This document shows positions 19,531 to 29,962 of a DNA stretch of 64,000 bases, piece after piece. The notes beneath the pieces were generated by a model. That model was not told the origin of the DNA. It worked only from the letters and a program-made list of their open reading frames with translations, and ran no database searches. The stretch comes from Thermodesulfobacteriota bacterium (lineage in GTDB: Bacteria; Desulfobacterota; Desulfobulbia; Desulfobulbales; SURF-16). Position 1 is the first letter of the stretch, and every line of letters starts with the position of its first letter. A program made the translations under genes and the position numbers. The DNA lies in NCBI GenBank assembly GCA_039715015.1, contig JBDLIE010000006.1, forward strand, positions 1 through 64,000, given 5' to 3'.

Positions 19531-20595
19531 ATCAAACAGCAAGATCCAAACAACCTGACGCCTCAGGCGCCACGCGGGTTATGGAAAGTTTCCGTTTCCC
19601 CCCATGTGCGCAGCAATGAGTCGGTTGAAAAAATCATGTGGACCGTGGTGGCCTGCCTGGTACCGCCACTGCTCTTGTCGGTCTTTATTTTCGGTATCCA
19701 GACCCTGATTATTACCGGTGTTTCAGTGCTAAGCTGTGTTGCCATGGAGGCCATTAGCCAGAAGGCTTTGGGTCGCAAGGTAACTATTAAAGACGGTAGC
19801 GCCGTTATCACCGGTATGCTGATCGCCTTTATTATTCCCCCCGGCGTCCCCTATCTGCTGCCCGTACTTGGCGCAGTGATGGCCATCTATATCGGCAAAC
19901 ACCTCTTGGGCGGCATCGGCTATAATATCTTTAACCCCGCCCTCTTGGCCCGCGCCTTCCTCCTTGCCACCTTCCCGGTTGCCATGACCTCTTCCTGGCT
20001 CCCGCCTTTGCAAGGCACCAAGATTTTCAGCTATCTCGGCACCTCCATTGACGCGGTCTCAACCGCCACCCCCCTTGCTGTTTTAAAAGAGCAGGGCATG
20101 GCAGCCTTTGTTGAGACCTTTGGCGCTGCTCCTAATTTTTACACCGACTTTTTCTTAGGCTGGCGGCCCGGCTCCATTGGTGAGACCTCCGGTCTGCTCA
20201 TCGTCCTCGGCGGCCTCTACCTGATTTACCGCGGCTATATCACCTGGCATATCCCGGTGAGCATGCTGGCAACCATCGCCCTCCTCACCTGGGCCTTTGG
20301 CGGCGAAACCACCTTCACGGGCGACCCAATCCTGGCCGTACTCTCCGGCGGTGCACTCCTTGGCGCCTTTTTCATGGCCACCGATTATGTCAGCAGCCCC
20401 ACCAATAAAAAATCACAGCTCATCTATGGCATTGGCATTGGCGCCCTCACTGTTCTTATCCGCCTCAAGGGTGGTTACCCGGAAGGTGTGTGCTACGCCA
20501 TCCTCCTGATGAACCCGGTGAGCTCGGTGCTTGACTCCTGGTTCAGGCCTGTACGATTTGCAGCGCCGCTGCCTCCCCAAGGAGGTGACAAATGA
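19531..20595 (+). CDS. rnfD: Rnf complex subunit D (start probably non-canonical ATC at 19531; ORF track uses GTG 19606)
   Basis: VSPH motif upstream of the GTG; GG.GYNIFNPA, DAVSTATPL FMN site, GSIGETS, FFMATD, GGYPEGV. Confidence 0.93.
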   Translation: MKQQDPNNLTPQAPRGLWKVSVSPHVRSNESVEKIMWTVVACLVPPLLLSVFIFGIQTLIITGVSVLSCVAMEAISQKALGRKVTIKDGSAVITGMLIAFIIPPGVPYLLPVLGAVMAIYIGKHLLGGIGYNIFNPALLARAFLLATFPVAMTSSWLPPLQGTKIFSYLGTSIDAVSTATPLAVLKEQGMAAFVETFGAAPNFYTDFFLGWRPGSIGETSGLLIVLGGLYLIYRGYITWHIPVSMLATIALLTWAFGGETTFTGDPILAVLSGGALLGAFFMATDYVSSPTNKKSQLIYGIGIGALTVLIRLKGGYPEGVCYAILLMNPVSSVLDSWFRPVRFAAPLPPQGGDK

Positions 20596-21488
20596 AAAAT
20601 ATAATCACCATTATCATCCGTCTCACCCTCTCCTGTATTCTGGCCGGCGCGGTGATGGGTACCACCTATATCTTCACCAGCAATGCCAAGAAGCATAATG
20701 AGCATGTCAATGAGCAGAAGGTTATGTACGGCCTCCTTGGTTACAATAAGGATAAGCCAGCGCCTGAGACCACGGTCATGCACGAGGTCTATCGTTACGT
20801 AGTCACCGAAGGCGAGGCCCTGACCTTGGGCTACCTGGTGCCACTCCAAGAACATGGCTTCAGCTTCATTACCATTGACCTGGACGGCAAATTTCTGGCC
20901 TCTACCCCTGTTGAGGTCAGCCATGAACTGGTCATTGACGGTACCGAGCGTAACAAGATAATTGCTGCCACCCTGGGCACTGAGAAATCGCTGCGCTACG
21001 CCGACAAGACCATCATTGTTACTGATAATGGCAAGCGTCAGGCCTACCTATTGCCCGGCGCCTTCCCCGGCTTTAAGACCTTTATCTCGGTGATGCTGGC
21101 TCTTGACCCATCCTTTACCATTCTCGGCCTGGAGGTCATGGAGCATGAGGAGGATCCCGGCCTGGGCGGTGAAATTATCCAGGATTACTTCAAGAACCAG
21201 TTTAAGGGCAAGCCCTTTGAGGTGCTCAATAAGCTTGATGTGGTGAAGACCCCCATCCCTGCCGATTATCTTAAGGCCCTGGAGGCCAAGAAATCAGGAA
21301 TGAGCAAGGCAGACGTTGCCGCCATCCAGGAACAGTATAAGGATAAGGATATCTATGCACTCACCGGTGCCACCATCTCAAGCCGGGCCGTGACGAGCGG
21401 CGCCAAGGGCATCGTCAAGAAATTCGCCTATCGCATCTCGATCCTTGATAACGTTCTTCAAGAGCAACAGATCGCCGTACCCTTTTAG
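20592..21488 (+). CDS. rnfG: Rnf complex subunit G (extended, 298 aa)
   Basis: N-terminal TM helix; EDPGLG; LTGATISS FMN-attachment motif; operon position. Confidence 0.9.
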   Translation: MKNIITIIIRLTLSCILAGAVMGTTYIFTSNAKKHNEHVNEQKVMYGLLGYNKDKPAPETTVMHEVYRYVVTEGEALTLGYLVPLQEHGFSFITIDLDGKFLASTPVEVSHELVIDGTERNKIIAATLGTEKSLRYADKTIIVTDNGKRQAYLLPGAFPGFKTFISVMLALDPSFTILGLEVMEHEEDPGLGGEIIQDYFKNQFKGKPFEVLNKLDVVKTPIPADYLKALEAKKSGMSKADVAAIQEQYKDKDIYALTGATISSRAVTSGAKGIVKKFAYRISILDNVLQEQQIAVPF

Positions 21489-21626
21489 TGTCTTAGAAAC
21501 CATTTTTAAAGTAACCTCATGAAACGACAAAGGATGACTAATCATACAAGTCGAAAGCAACTGTTAAGGCACGTATCCTCAATCGGTGGGCAAAGCCCAC
21601 TGCGTCAGGGTTAGAGAGAGAATATC

Positions 21627-22241
21627 ATGGCTACCGATAAATCAAATTTTCAGCTGATCACAAACGGCATCTTAAACGAGAATCCCATATTTCGTCTGGT
21701 TCTCTCCATGTGTCCTGCCGTTGGTATCAGCACAACGGTAATGAATGGCCTGATGCTGGGCATTGCAGTGCTCTTTGTCCAGGTCTTTTCCAGCGTCACC
21801 ATATCCATCTTTAAAAACGTCATTCACCCTCGGATCCGCATCCCCACCTACACCCTGGCCATTGCCACCTGGGTAACGGTTATTGACTTGGTGCTGGCTG
21901 CCTATCTACCCGAGGCCTATGCCAAGATGGGCATCTTTGTTAAACTCATCGTGGCCTTTGCCATTATCACCATGCGCCTGGAGATGTTCGCCTGTAAGGA
22001 ATCGGTGAACGCCTCCTTCTGGGATGGTATCGGTATGGGCCTGGGCTTCATGGTCGGCATGATGGCCATCGGTTTTGTCCGCGAGCTTCTCGGCTTAGGC
22101 AGCCTGATGGGCTATGACCTCCTCGGCTTTAAACCACTGCTCTTCTTTGTCCTGCCCAGCGCCGGCTTCTTTGTGGTGGGCTTGATGATGGCGTTCTTCA
22201 ATTACATAGAAATTGCCTATAAGAAGGCGAAGCAGGCATAA
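21627..22241 (+). CDS. rnfE: Rnf complex subunit E
   Basis: ENPIF..VLSMCPA, RIRIP, DGIGMGLGF, RELLG, LPSAGF. Confidence 0.92.
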   Translation: MATDKSNFQLITNGILNENPIFRLVLSMCPAVGISTTVMNGLMLGIAVLFVQVFSSVTISIFKNVIHPRIRIPTYTLAIATWVTVIDLVLAAYLPEAYAKMGIFVKLIVAFAIITMRLEMFACKESVNASFWDGIGMGLGFMVGMMAIGFVRELLGLGSLMGYDLLGFKPLLFFVLPSAGFFVVGLMMAFFNYIEIAYKKAKQA

Positions 22242-22251
22242 GGTGAAAGCT

Positions 22252-23193
22252 ATGAAAAACATCATGACACGCCATATCTTGACGCTCCTGATCCTCTGTG
22301 TCCTGCCCGGTTTGGCCCAGGGCCAGGATCTGGTGACCGGCAAGAGCTTTGGGACAGACAATGAAATCATTGTTACCTTCAGCCAGGCCGTTGACCAAAA
22401 CGCGGCAGCAAATACCGCCAATTACACGGTCTACGAAGAGCCGGACCCTGACATTCGTCTCGCTGTGAAAGAGGTCATCTTAGCCAGCGACCAGATGAGT
22501 GCCTCCCTGCTCTTTACTGAGCCTCTCAACACCACTCAGACCCATGTGGTGAGCATTGCCAATCTGATACCAGCCCAAGCCCCGGAGACCTTTACTGTGG
22601 CTAAGTCCTACCTGGGCTACCTTATCGGCATTCTGGTTTCAGCCCTGCTCATTAACAACTTTGTCTTTACCAAGTACCTTGGCCTCTGCGTTTTCTTCGG
22701 CACCTCAAAGCGCAAGGACACTGCCAAGGGCATGGGCTTTACCTTTACCATCGTTATGGTGGTATCGGCCATTATGAGCTGGTTTTTCTACCAGTACATC
22801 TTAAAGCCCTTTAACCTGAACTTCCTGCAGATTGTTATCTTCATTGGCCTGGTGTCTCTTACTGTCCAGGCGGTTGATACCATTTTGCGTAAGGTGAACC
22901 CAGCCCTCTTTAATTCCTTTGGTGTCTACCTGGTATTGGTGATCGCCAACTGTGTTATCATCGCCGTGCCCCTTATTCTGGCCGACAATGAGTATAATTT
23001 CTTTGAGACCTTCATGCTTTCCCTGGGTGCCGGTGGTGGTTTTCTCCTGGCCCTCTACCTGATGAGCTCTGTCCGGGAGCGCATGGAGCTTGCAAACATT
23101 CCGCCCACCTTTAAGGGTGTGCCCATTGCCTTTATTGTCGCAGGCCAGTTTGCCTTGGCATTCCTGGGATTTTCAGGATTACAAATTTTCTAG
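22252..23193 (+). CDS. rnfA: Rnf complex subunit A with an N-terminal secreted beta-rich extension
   Basis: C-terminal NNFVFTKYLGLC.F.G, LVIANC, RERME...P..FKGVP; N-terminal signal peptide plus about 110-aa soluble domain. Confidence 0.9.
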   Translation: MKNIMTRHILTLLILCVLPGLAQGQDLVTGKSFGTDNEIIVTFSQAVDQNAAANTANYTVYEEPDPDIRLAVKEVILASDQMSASLLFTEPLNTTQTHVVSIANLIPAQAPETFTVAKSYLGYLIGILVSALLINNFVFTKYLGLCVFFGTSKRKDTAKGMGFTFTIVMVVSAIMSWFFYQYILKPFNLNFLQIVIFIGLVSLTVQAVDTILRKVNPALFNSFGVYLVLVIANCVIIAVPLILADNEYNFFETFMLSLGAGGGFLLALYLMSSVRERMELANIPPTFKGVPIAFIVAGQFALAFLGFSGLQIF

Positions 23194-23259
23194 TCTCGAA
23201 GTTTGAGCATATTTAAATGAAGTAAATCATTTCGGTTTTTCTCCGAAATAGGTGAAAGT

Positions 23260-24132
23260 ATGGATCCAGCATTAGTAAAATTAGCCCTCGGCGGCATGGC
23301 CTTGCTCGCCTGCATCGGCCTGTTTTTTGGTATTGGTCTGGCCTTGGCGGCCCATAAATTTGCTGTTGAGACAGATCCTCTTATTGAAGAGGTTCTTGAG
23401 TCCCTGGCAGGCGCCCAATGCGGTGGTTGCGGCTACCCCGGTTGTGAGGGCTACGCCATTGCCGTGGTCAATGACTCAGACGTGTCCCCCAATCTCTGTT
23501 ACCCAGGCAAGGAGAAGGTGGCGGAACGGGTGGCGGAACTCACCGGCAAGAAAATGGCCGAGATGGAGGACATGATTGCCCTTGTCCGCTGTTCACGCCT
23601 TGAAGGCCGGGTGAGCCATAAGCACGAGTATATCGGCTTTGCCTCCTGCACAGCGGCCAACCTTGGTTTTGGCGGCCCCTCTGCCTGCAACTACGCCTGT
23701 ATTGGTCTCGGTGAATGCGCCCAGGCATGTCCCTTTGACGCAATTACCATGGTGGACAGCTTTCCGGAGGTTAATCCGGACAAATGTGTTAGTTGCGGCA
23801 CCTGCGTAAAAACCTGCCCTAAACAGGTCATTGTTCTCCAAAGCCTGAAGGCCAGGGTCTATGTACCCTGCTCCACCAAGGACCTTGGTAAAAACGTTAA
23901 AAAGGTATGCGAGGTGGGTTGCATCTCCTGCCTGATCTGTGTGAAAAAATGCCCGGCCGGTGCCGTGCGTCACGAAAATGGTCTGATCCAAATTGATCAT
24001 GAAAAATGCCTCGAATACGGGCCTGATTGTTGTGAAATTTGTGTTGAGAAATGCCCCCGTGATATCTTCAGAAGATACGAGGGGCGCAAGGTCCTTAAAC
24101 GCACTGATGCCGGCCTGAAGATGGCAAGCTAA
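23260..24132 (+). CDS. rnfB: Rnf complex subunit B
   Basis: TM anchor; CGGCGYPGC; several CxxCxxCxxxCP motifs. Confidence 0.94.
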   Translation: MDPALVKLALGGMALLACIGLFFGIGLALAAHKFAVETDPLIEEVLESLAGAQCGGCGYPGCEGYAIAVVNDSDVSPNLCYPGKEKVAERVAELTGKKMAEMEDMIALVRCSRLEGRVSHKHEYIGFASCTAANLGFGGPSACNYACIGLGECAQACPFDAITMVDSFPEVNPDKCVSCGTCVKTCPKQVIVLQSLKARVYVPCSTKDLGKNVKKVCEVGCISCLICVKKCPAGAVRHENGLIQIDHEKCLEYGPDCCEICVEKCPRDIFRRYEGRKVLKRTDAGLKMAS

Positions 24133-24169
24133 GAAATTCCCCTTTGATATAGAAAAAATAGAGGAAGAT

Positions 24170-25213
24170 ATGAAAACTCCAAAAACATGCCACTGTGACG
24201 AGCAGAGAAGATCCTTCATAAAGACTGCAGGCCTCTTGGGTCTTGGTGCTGCGTCAGCCACCCTCCTTCCTGCCCAGCGGGCCGAAGCGGTTCTTTTTGG
24301 CAACAAAGAGTATAAGGTTTCCAAGACTAGACTGACCATGGGCACCTATGTCGCGATGACGGCCATCCACCCCTCTCGTGATGAGGCGGAACACGCCTTT
24401 GGCCTTGCCTTTGCCGAGATTGATCGCCTAAACAAGCTGCTAAGCCGCTACGACGTCGACTCGCCGATCTACCAGCTCAATAACAAAGGTGCTCTGAACA
24501 AGGCTCCTCAAGAGATCCTGGAGCTTGTTGCTCGTTCGCTTTACTATCATGGCCAGACTAACGGTGCCTTTGACATCACGGTTAAGCCCCTGATCGACCT
24601 CTACAAAGAGAATTTCGCCACCGGCAACAAGCCCTCGGAAGCACAGATCCAAGCTGCACTCAAGAATGTCGGCACCGGCCATCTTCGTTTTGCCGGCGGC
24701 AATATCAGTTTCAACAATTCAGAGATGGGTATCACCCTGGACGGCATAGCTAAAGGCTATATTGTTGACCGCGCCTCCGAAATTTTGACCAGAAACGGCA
24801 TCAGCAATCATCTGATCAATGCTGGCGGCGACATCCGCACCAACGGCTCGGCTGCCAAGGGCAAACCATGGACCATCGCTGTTCAGGATCCGGCCAAAAA
24901 CAAGGAGTACCCCGATGTCATCACCATGATGAGCGGCGCCATTGCCACCTCCGGCAATTATGAGATCTTCTACGATAATGAAAAGATGTTCCACCACATC
25001 ATTGACAGCCGTACCGGATATTCTCCTGAACTTTCCGCCAGTGTTACTGTCCAGGCCCCGACGGTGATGGATGCAGACGCCCTTTCCACCAGCGTCTTTG
25101 TCATGCAGCCTACTGCCGGTGTGAACTTTATCAATGGCCAACACGGCTGTGAATGTTTCGTCGTTGAAGCAGGCGGCACAACCCACAAGTCTCTCGGCTG
25201 GAAAGCCGCCTAA
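24170..25213 (+). CDS. apbE: FAD:protein FMN transferase (ApbE/RnfF), Tat-exported
   Basis: RRSFIK twin-arginine; GAFDITV, DGIAKGY, NAGGD, ATSGNYE, HHIID, ADALST. Confidence 0.94.
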   Translation: MKTPKTCHCDEQRRSFIKTAGLLGLGAASATLLPAQRAEAVLFGNKEYKVSKTRLTMGTYVAMTAIHPSRDEAEHAFGLAFAEIDRLNKLLSRYDVDSPIYQLNNKGALNKAPQEILELVARSLYYHGQTNGAFDITVKPLIDLYKENFATGNKPSEAQIQAALKNVGTGHLRFAGGNISFNNSEMGITLDGIAKGYIVDRASEILTRNGISNHLINAGGDIRTNGSAAKGKPWTIAVQDPAKNKEYPDVITMMSGAIATSGNYEIFYDNEKMFHHIIDSRTGYSPELSASVTVQAPTVMDADALSTSVFVMQPTAGVNFINGQHGCECFVVEAGGTTHKSLGWKAA

Positions 25214-25238
25214 TTTTAATTCAGGCATAATCATCCCC

Positions 25239-25274
25239 AAAAAAGGAGGCTGTTTTCAACAGTCTCCTTTTTTT
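25239..25274 (+). terminator. terminator of the rnf operon
   Basis: AAAAAAGGAGGCTGTT-TTC-AACAGTCTCCTTTTTTT. Confidence 0.85.
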
Positions 25275-25578
25275 ATTGGATTGCCCAGAAACGCTTTTTC
25301 TTCGTACCCCAAGACAATCCTTCAACGCCACACAGGTGCGGCAACTTTACCCGCCTTGCCGATTCCACATCGGCCCTGCCAATACCGTTTCTGACCTCTC
25401 ATCCCACTCCCTGCTCAGAATCGCAGCCGACCATTACCAGAAATTTCATTGCTATTTCAAGGCAATACCCCTAAAATTTTTTTGTAAACGACATGTATAC
25501 AAATATTTTGCAGGGAGCCGTCTCTCATGGGTTTAGGGGAGAAGAAGGCTTAATGATCTTGCCAACACATCCAGAAAC

Positions 25579-27726
25579 ATGCTGAAAAAAGAAAAAAAGG
25601 TTGCCCTTTTAATGACCGCCATCAACCAGCTTAACCTCAAAGAGAAGTTTAAATACTTGATAGGCATTTCCGCCCTGGTAATCTTCTCTCTTTCAAGCCT
25701 TGGTTTTTGGCGTTACAGCCAGTTTTCAAATCAAAAAAAACTCATCCAGAACTCTTCACAGATATTACTTGCTGAGTTGGAGGATAATTTCGCCACCTCC
25801 CAGCTCATGGGTGACGTTGAGGCGGACCTCACCACCTTCATGCAATCTGGACATCCTGAGACAATCACCGGGCTAACCATGAAGGCTCAGAAACTTGCCG
25901 GCCAACTCCCCGATGAGGCCAAGGAGTCCCTTCTCCAGTTTCTAAACAAGGTCGGCAAGCTTGAGATCCGGATGGAGAGCCAACGAAAGAACAATAAAAC
26001 TGCTCTCCTGGCCGCGTCCGAAATTCATGAAAAACTTGATGACAATAGTGTCTGTGCTCGCACCAGCAGCTGTCTTGATTCATTTCATCGTGCCCAGGAG
26101 ACCCTGCGATCCGTAAACCTTCTTTATATCACGGGCGTCAGTCATACCCAGCTGAAAGAACTTGAAGAAGCCCGTACGGAGATATCAGACACCTTGGCAG
26201 AGTTTGATGGATACCTCCAGAAAACAATCCCTGGCCTCACCCCCAAGCAGTCACTTTACCTTGCCGGCGTGCAAGAACTTTTCTATGACCTTGATGATGC
26301 CATTACCACTGTGGCAGCTATTCGCCACCGAGTAATTGCTAGTGAACAGGAGGTATTATCCCACTCCAAAAAGATTAAAGATCTGCTGGCCACCACCTCC
26401 ATCAGCCAAAGCCAAAAGGCCGTGGATCTTGCCGACCAGGGCCTGAAGCTAGCTACAAGCTATGTATATCTGATGTTTGCAAGCCTGGGCGTCATGACTA
26501 TTCTTTTTCTCGTCCTCAGTGCTTTCATGTCCCGTTCCATTATTACCCCACTTGTTGTTTTAGTTGATCTGCTTAAGAGGTTTTCTCACCTTTTGGCCAC
26601 GGTGCGCCGTCAGTCCATTGCCGGCGGAGATCAATTTAAGAAAATCCATTCCCAAATCACCAAAAGGCGTGATGAAATCGGTGACGTGGGCCGAGCCACT
26701 AAGGAGTTGATGGAACACATCCAGGGCATTTCAGAATTCCGCCGCAAAATTGAGGATGATACGACAACCCAGGAGGTCTACTCGCGTCTGGCAAAGATCT
26801 TCACCGACCATCTCAAGCTGGCAAGCTTTGTCATCTACGAGAGAAGTGTTGATGATTCAATGCCCATTGTATATTCAGAACCTCATAGTATTGACGAGAT
26901 TATGCCCGAATTCACCACTGCTGATATGTGTCGGGCCAAAAGAACAGGGGCCTTTGTTTCCTCGTTTAACGACCCGGACATCTGCAAAATTTGCCCGATT
27001 AATGATGTGCTCAACCATTATTGCGTACCCATGCTGGTGGGCGGCCATGTTATTGGTGTTATTCAATTTATTCTTCCCATTGCAACAGATGATCAGCAAA
27101 AGAAAGAGCAGGCAGATGCCTTAAACGAGGCCCGAAATTATATTGAAGAGGCCCTGCCGGTCCTGCAGGCAAAACGTTTTGCTGCCAAACTTGAAGAGAT
27201 GGCAACCAAGGACCAGTTAACAGGCCTCTATAACCGCCGCTATCTTGAAATCTCCCTGCAGCAGATTGTTGCGGGCATCAAACGCCGTAAGACAAGGCTT
27301 GGCGTCCTCATGTGCGACATGGACTTCTTCAAAGAAGTCAATGATACCTATGGCCACGATGGCGGAGATGTTGTCCTTGCCGAATTAGCCGCTATTCTCC
27401 AGCACCACGTCCGCACTTCTGATCTTGTTATCCGTTATGGTGGTGAAGAGTTCCTTATCCTTCTTTATGATATCGAGGATGGCACCTCGACTATGGTGGC
27501 CGAGAAAGTACGGGCCGCTGTGGAGTGTCACCAGTTTAATATTCCCGGTGCCGAAATCCAGAAAACCCTGAGCATCGGCGTAGCGGAATACCCAGATCCC
27601 TCCATGTCAAAAGGAATCTGGCAGATTATCAAACATGCCGATGTTGCCCTTTATAACGCCAAAAATGGCGGTCGTAACCAGGTTGTCACATTCAACCAGG
27701 ATATGTGGTTAGAGCAATCATATTAA
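25579..27726 (+). CDS. membrane sensor diguanylate cyclase (TM-periplasmic-TM-HAMP-GAF-GGDEF)
   Basis: DQLTGLYNRR, DMDFFKEVNDTYGH, RTSD I-site, RYGGEEF. Confidence 0.93.
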   Translation: MLKKEKKVALLMTAINQLNLKEKFKYLIGISALVIFSLSSLGFWRYSQFSNQKKLIQNSSQILLAELEDNFATSQLMGDVEADLTTFMQSGHPETITGLTMKAQKLAGQLPDEAKESLLQFLNKVGKLEIRMESQRKNNKTALLAASEIHEKLDDNSVCARTSSCLDSFHRAQETLRSVNLLYITGVSHTQLKELEEARTEISDTLAEFDGYLQKTIPGLTPKQSLYLAGVQELFYDLDDAITTVAAIRHRVIASEQEVLSHSKKIKDLLATTSISQSQKAVDLADQGLKLATSYVYLMFASLGVMTILFLVLSAFMSRSIITPLVVLVDLLKRFSHLLATVRRQSIAGGDQFKKIHSQITKRRDEIGDVGRATKELMEHIQGISEFRRKIEDDTTTQEVYSRLAKIFTDHLKLASFVIYERSVDDSMPIVYSEPHSIDEIMPEFTTADMCRAKRTGAFVSSFNDPDICKICPINDVLNHYCVPMLVGGHVIGVIQFILPIATDDQQKKEQADALNEARNYIEEALPVLQAKRFAAKLEEMATKDQLTGLYNRRYLEISLQQIVAGIKRRKTRLGVLMCDMDFFKEVNDTYGHDGGDVVLAELAAILQHHVRTSDLVIRYGGEEFLILLYDIEDGTSTMVAEKVRAAVECHQFNIPGAEIQKTLSIGVAEYPDPSMSKGIWQIIKHADVALYNAKNGGRNQVVTFNQDMWLEQSY

Positions 27727-27829
27727 AAGAGAATTGATCATCAGCAGATCTTCGGATACTGTCGAGGACTCTTTTTTCCTGATGACAAGTATCGTTTAAA
27801 GCCAACTCCGCCTTTCGAGACCTCCAACC

Positions 27830-29962
27830 ATGCCCCAGAATGAGACCAAGCACTCCCCATTGATCCATTTGAGTTTACAGGGCAGGTTTCAACTCCTCAT
27901 GTGGCTAACCATCATGGCAGCTTTCTTTGCCACCATCATCGGTGTCTGGAAGTACAGCCAGTTCTCGCAAAGCAAAAAGATCATCGACCAGACATCTGCA
28001 ACACTGGTGGCAGAGCTGGAGCACACCTTCAAAGACTCTTTGCTGGTGGGCGAGATCCAGGCTGATCTTATCCTGTTTATTCAGACTGCCCACCCGGAGA
28101 CCATGCAGGAGATAACCCAAAAGTCTCTAGACCTCTTAAGCCATCTCCCAGAGCAGGCCAGGCCCCTGCTCAATCAATTTTTGGAACAGACCGACACCCT
28201 TGAAATCCGCATGGCCAGTCTACGCCTGAACAACAACAAAGTGTTAAGCACCGGCAACACAATCATGGAAGCTCTTGAGCAAAACTCTCTCTGCAAAAAA
28301 AAGGCGCGCTGCCTGGAGGGAGTAAAACAGGCTGGTTTAACATTCCGCCAAGTCCACCCCCTCTATATGAATGGCATCCTCATTGGCCAACCCCACGAGC
28401 TCACGGCCACAAAACAAAAAATCTCCCTGCTTTTAAGTGCACTCAAAAAGGACCTGCATAACCATGCCCAGGAACTTGGGCCGCAACAATCACGCTACCT
28501 CTTAAGTTTTATCGATCTTTTTTATGAGCTTGATGAGTCCATATCAACTGTTGCTGCGATTAGGGAAAGGGTTGTTACCAGTGAAAAAGAGGTGGTTAAC
28601 CTCTTTCACTCTTTGAAAATGCAGCTTGGCGAGATCTCCATTTCCCGCAACAAACAAGCCTTGACCCTGGCCGACCAGGGCCTCAAGCTGGCCACCAACT
28701 ATGTTTTCCTGATGTTTGCCGCCCTGGCCCTGGTCACCATCTTCAGCATCGCGGCCTTTGCCTTTATGTCCAACTCTATCTTAACTCCCCTGGGCTCCTT
28801 GTTGGATTTATTGAAAAAATTCACAACCCTGCTGCGCGGAGTTCGCACCCTCTCTAATTCCGAAAAGCTGCAATACCACGAACTTCATGAAAAAATCATC
28901 AACCGCCATGATGAGATTGGCGCTGTGGGCCGGGCCACCGAAGCCCTGCTCAATCATATCCATAGTATCTCTGAATTCCGGCGCAAAATTGAAAATGACA
29001 CCACCTGCCATGATGTCTATGTCCGGCTGGGGAAAATCTTCAGAGATGAACTGCTCTTGCCAAGCTTTGTTATGTACGAGACCTCCAAAGACAAACCCAT
29101 GGAAGCTGTCTATTCCTACCCTCCTCAACTCAAAGAGGAAATGCCCGATTTTTCCGTAACCGATACCTGCCGGGCACAACGAACAGGCGTTGTGGTGCAC
29201 TCCTTTCATGACCCGGACATCTGTCCCATATGCCAGATCAATGATGCCCTGGACTATTTTTGTCTGCCCATGCTTGCCGGCAGCGAGATGATTGGCGTTA
29301 TTCAGTTTCTATTGCCTGTTGCCCGTACAGTGAGGCAGAAAAATTCCTTTCAAAAACGTCTCCATGAGGCGCAAAATTATATTGAGGAAGCCCTGCCCAT
29401 CATGCAGGCTAAACGTTACGCCCGGAAGCTTGAAGTGATTGCCACCCAAGACCAGCTCACCGGCCTTTATAACCGCCACTATCTTGAAATCACCCTCCCT
29501 CAACTTGAGGCGGGGATTAAACGGCGCAAGACCTCCCTGGGCATTCTCCTTTGCGACATGGACCATTTCAAGGCTATCAATGATACATACGGCCATGCCG
29601 CCGGTGATCTGGCCTTGAAGGAACTAGCTGACGTTTTCCGTGACACGTTAAGGGGATCAGATCTGATAATCCGCTACGGTGGTGAAGAATTTCTTATTCT
29701 TCTGCTTGATATCGAAGAGAAAGAAGAGCTGGCTGTGGCTGAAAAAGTGCGCCAGGCCGTGGCCAATCATTCATTTGAGCTTCCGGATAATGCCAAGCAA
29801 CAGACGATCAGCGTCGGTGTTACTGAATTTTCAGGCAGTAAGCCTGAGGGTGGTATAGAGAAAGTATTGCGTTACGCCGACATTGCCCTTTATAAGGCCA
29901 AGGAAAAAGGCCGCAACTGTGTGGTCAAATTTGATAAAGAAAACAGCAATAGCACGGTTTAA
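27830..29962 (+). CDS. membrane sensor diguanylate cyclase, tandem paralog of 25579-27726
   Basis: Same architecture; RGSD I-site, RYGGEEF; shared blocks such as LADQGLKLAT and SEFRRKIE. Confidence 0.93.
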   Translation: MPQNETKHSPLIHLSLQGRFQLLMWLTIMAAFFATIIGVWKYSQFSQSKKIIDQTSATLVAELEHTFKDSLLVGEIQADLILFIQTAHPETMQEITQKSLDLLSHLPEQARPLLNQFLEQTDTLEIRMASLRLNNNKVLSTGNTIMEALEQNSLCKKKARCLEGVKQAGLTFRQVHPLYMNGILIGQPHELTATKQKISLLLSALKKDLHNHAQELGPQQSRYLLSFIDLFYELDESISTVAAIRERVVTSEKEVVNLFHSLKMQLGEISISRNKQALTLADQGLKLATNYVFLMFAALALVTIFSIAAFAFMSNSILTPLGSLLDLLKKFTTLLRGVRTLSNSEKLQYHELHEKIINRHDEIGAVGRATEALLNHIHSISEFRRKIENDTTCHDVYVRLGKIFRDELLLPSFVMYETSKDKPMEAVYSYPPQLKEEMPDFSVTDTCRAQRTGVVVHSFHDPDICPICQINDALDYFCLPMLAGSEMIGVIQFLLPVARTVRQKNSFQKRLHEAQNYIEEALPIMQAKRYARKLEVIATQDQLTGLYNRHYLEITLPQLEAGIKRRKTSLGILLCDMDHFKAINDTYGHAAGDLALKELADVFRDTLRGSDLIIRYGGEEFLILLLDIEEKEELAVAEKVRQAVANHSFELPDNAKQQTISVGVTEFSGSKPEGGIEKVLRYADIALYKAKEKGRNCVVKFDKENSNSTV

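Noticed and set aside
21586..21600. GTGGGC-AAA-GCCCAC palindrome within the rnf operon as a REP
   Set aside because: Single short unit with no second copy in the window.
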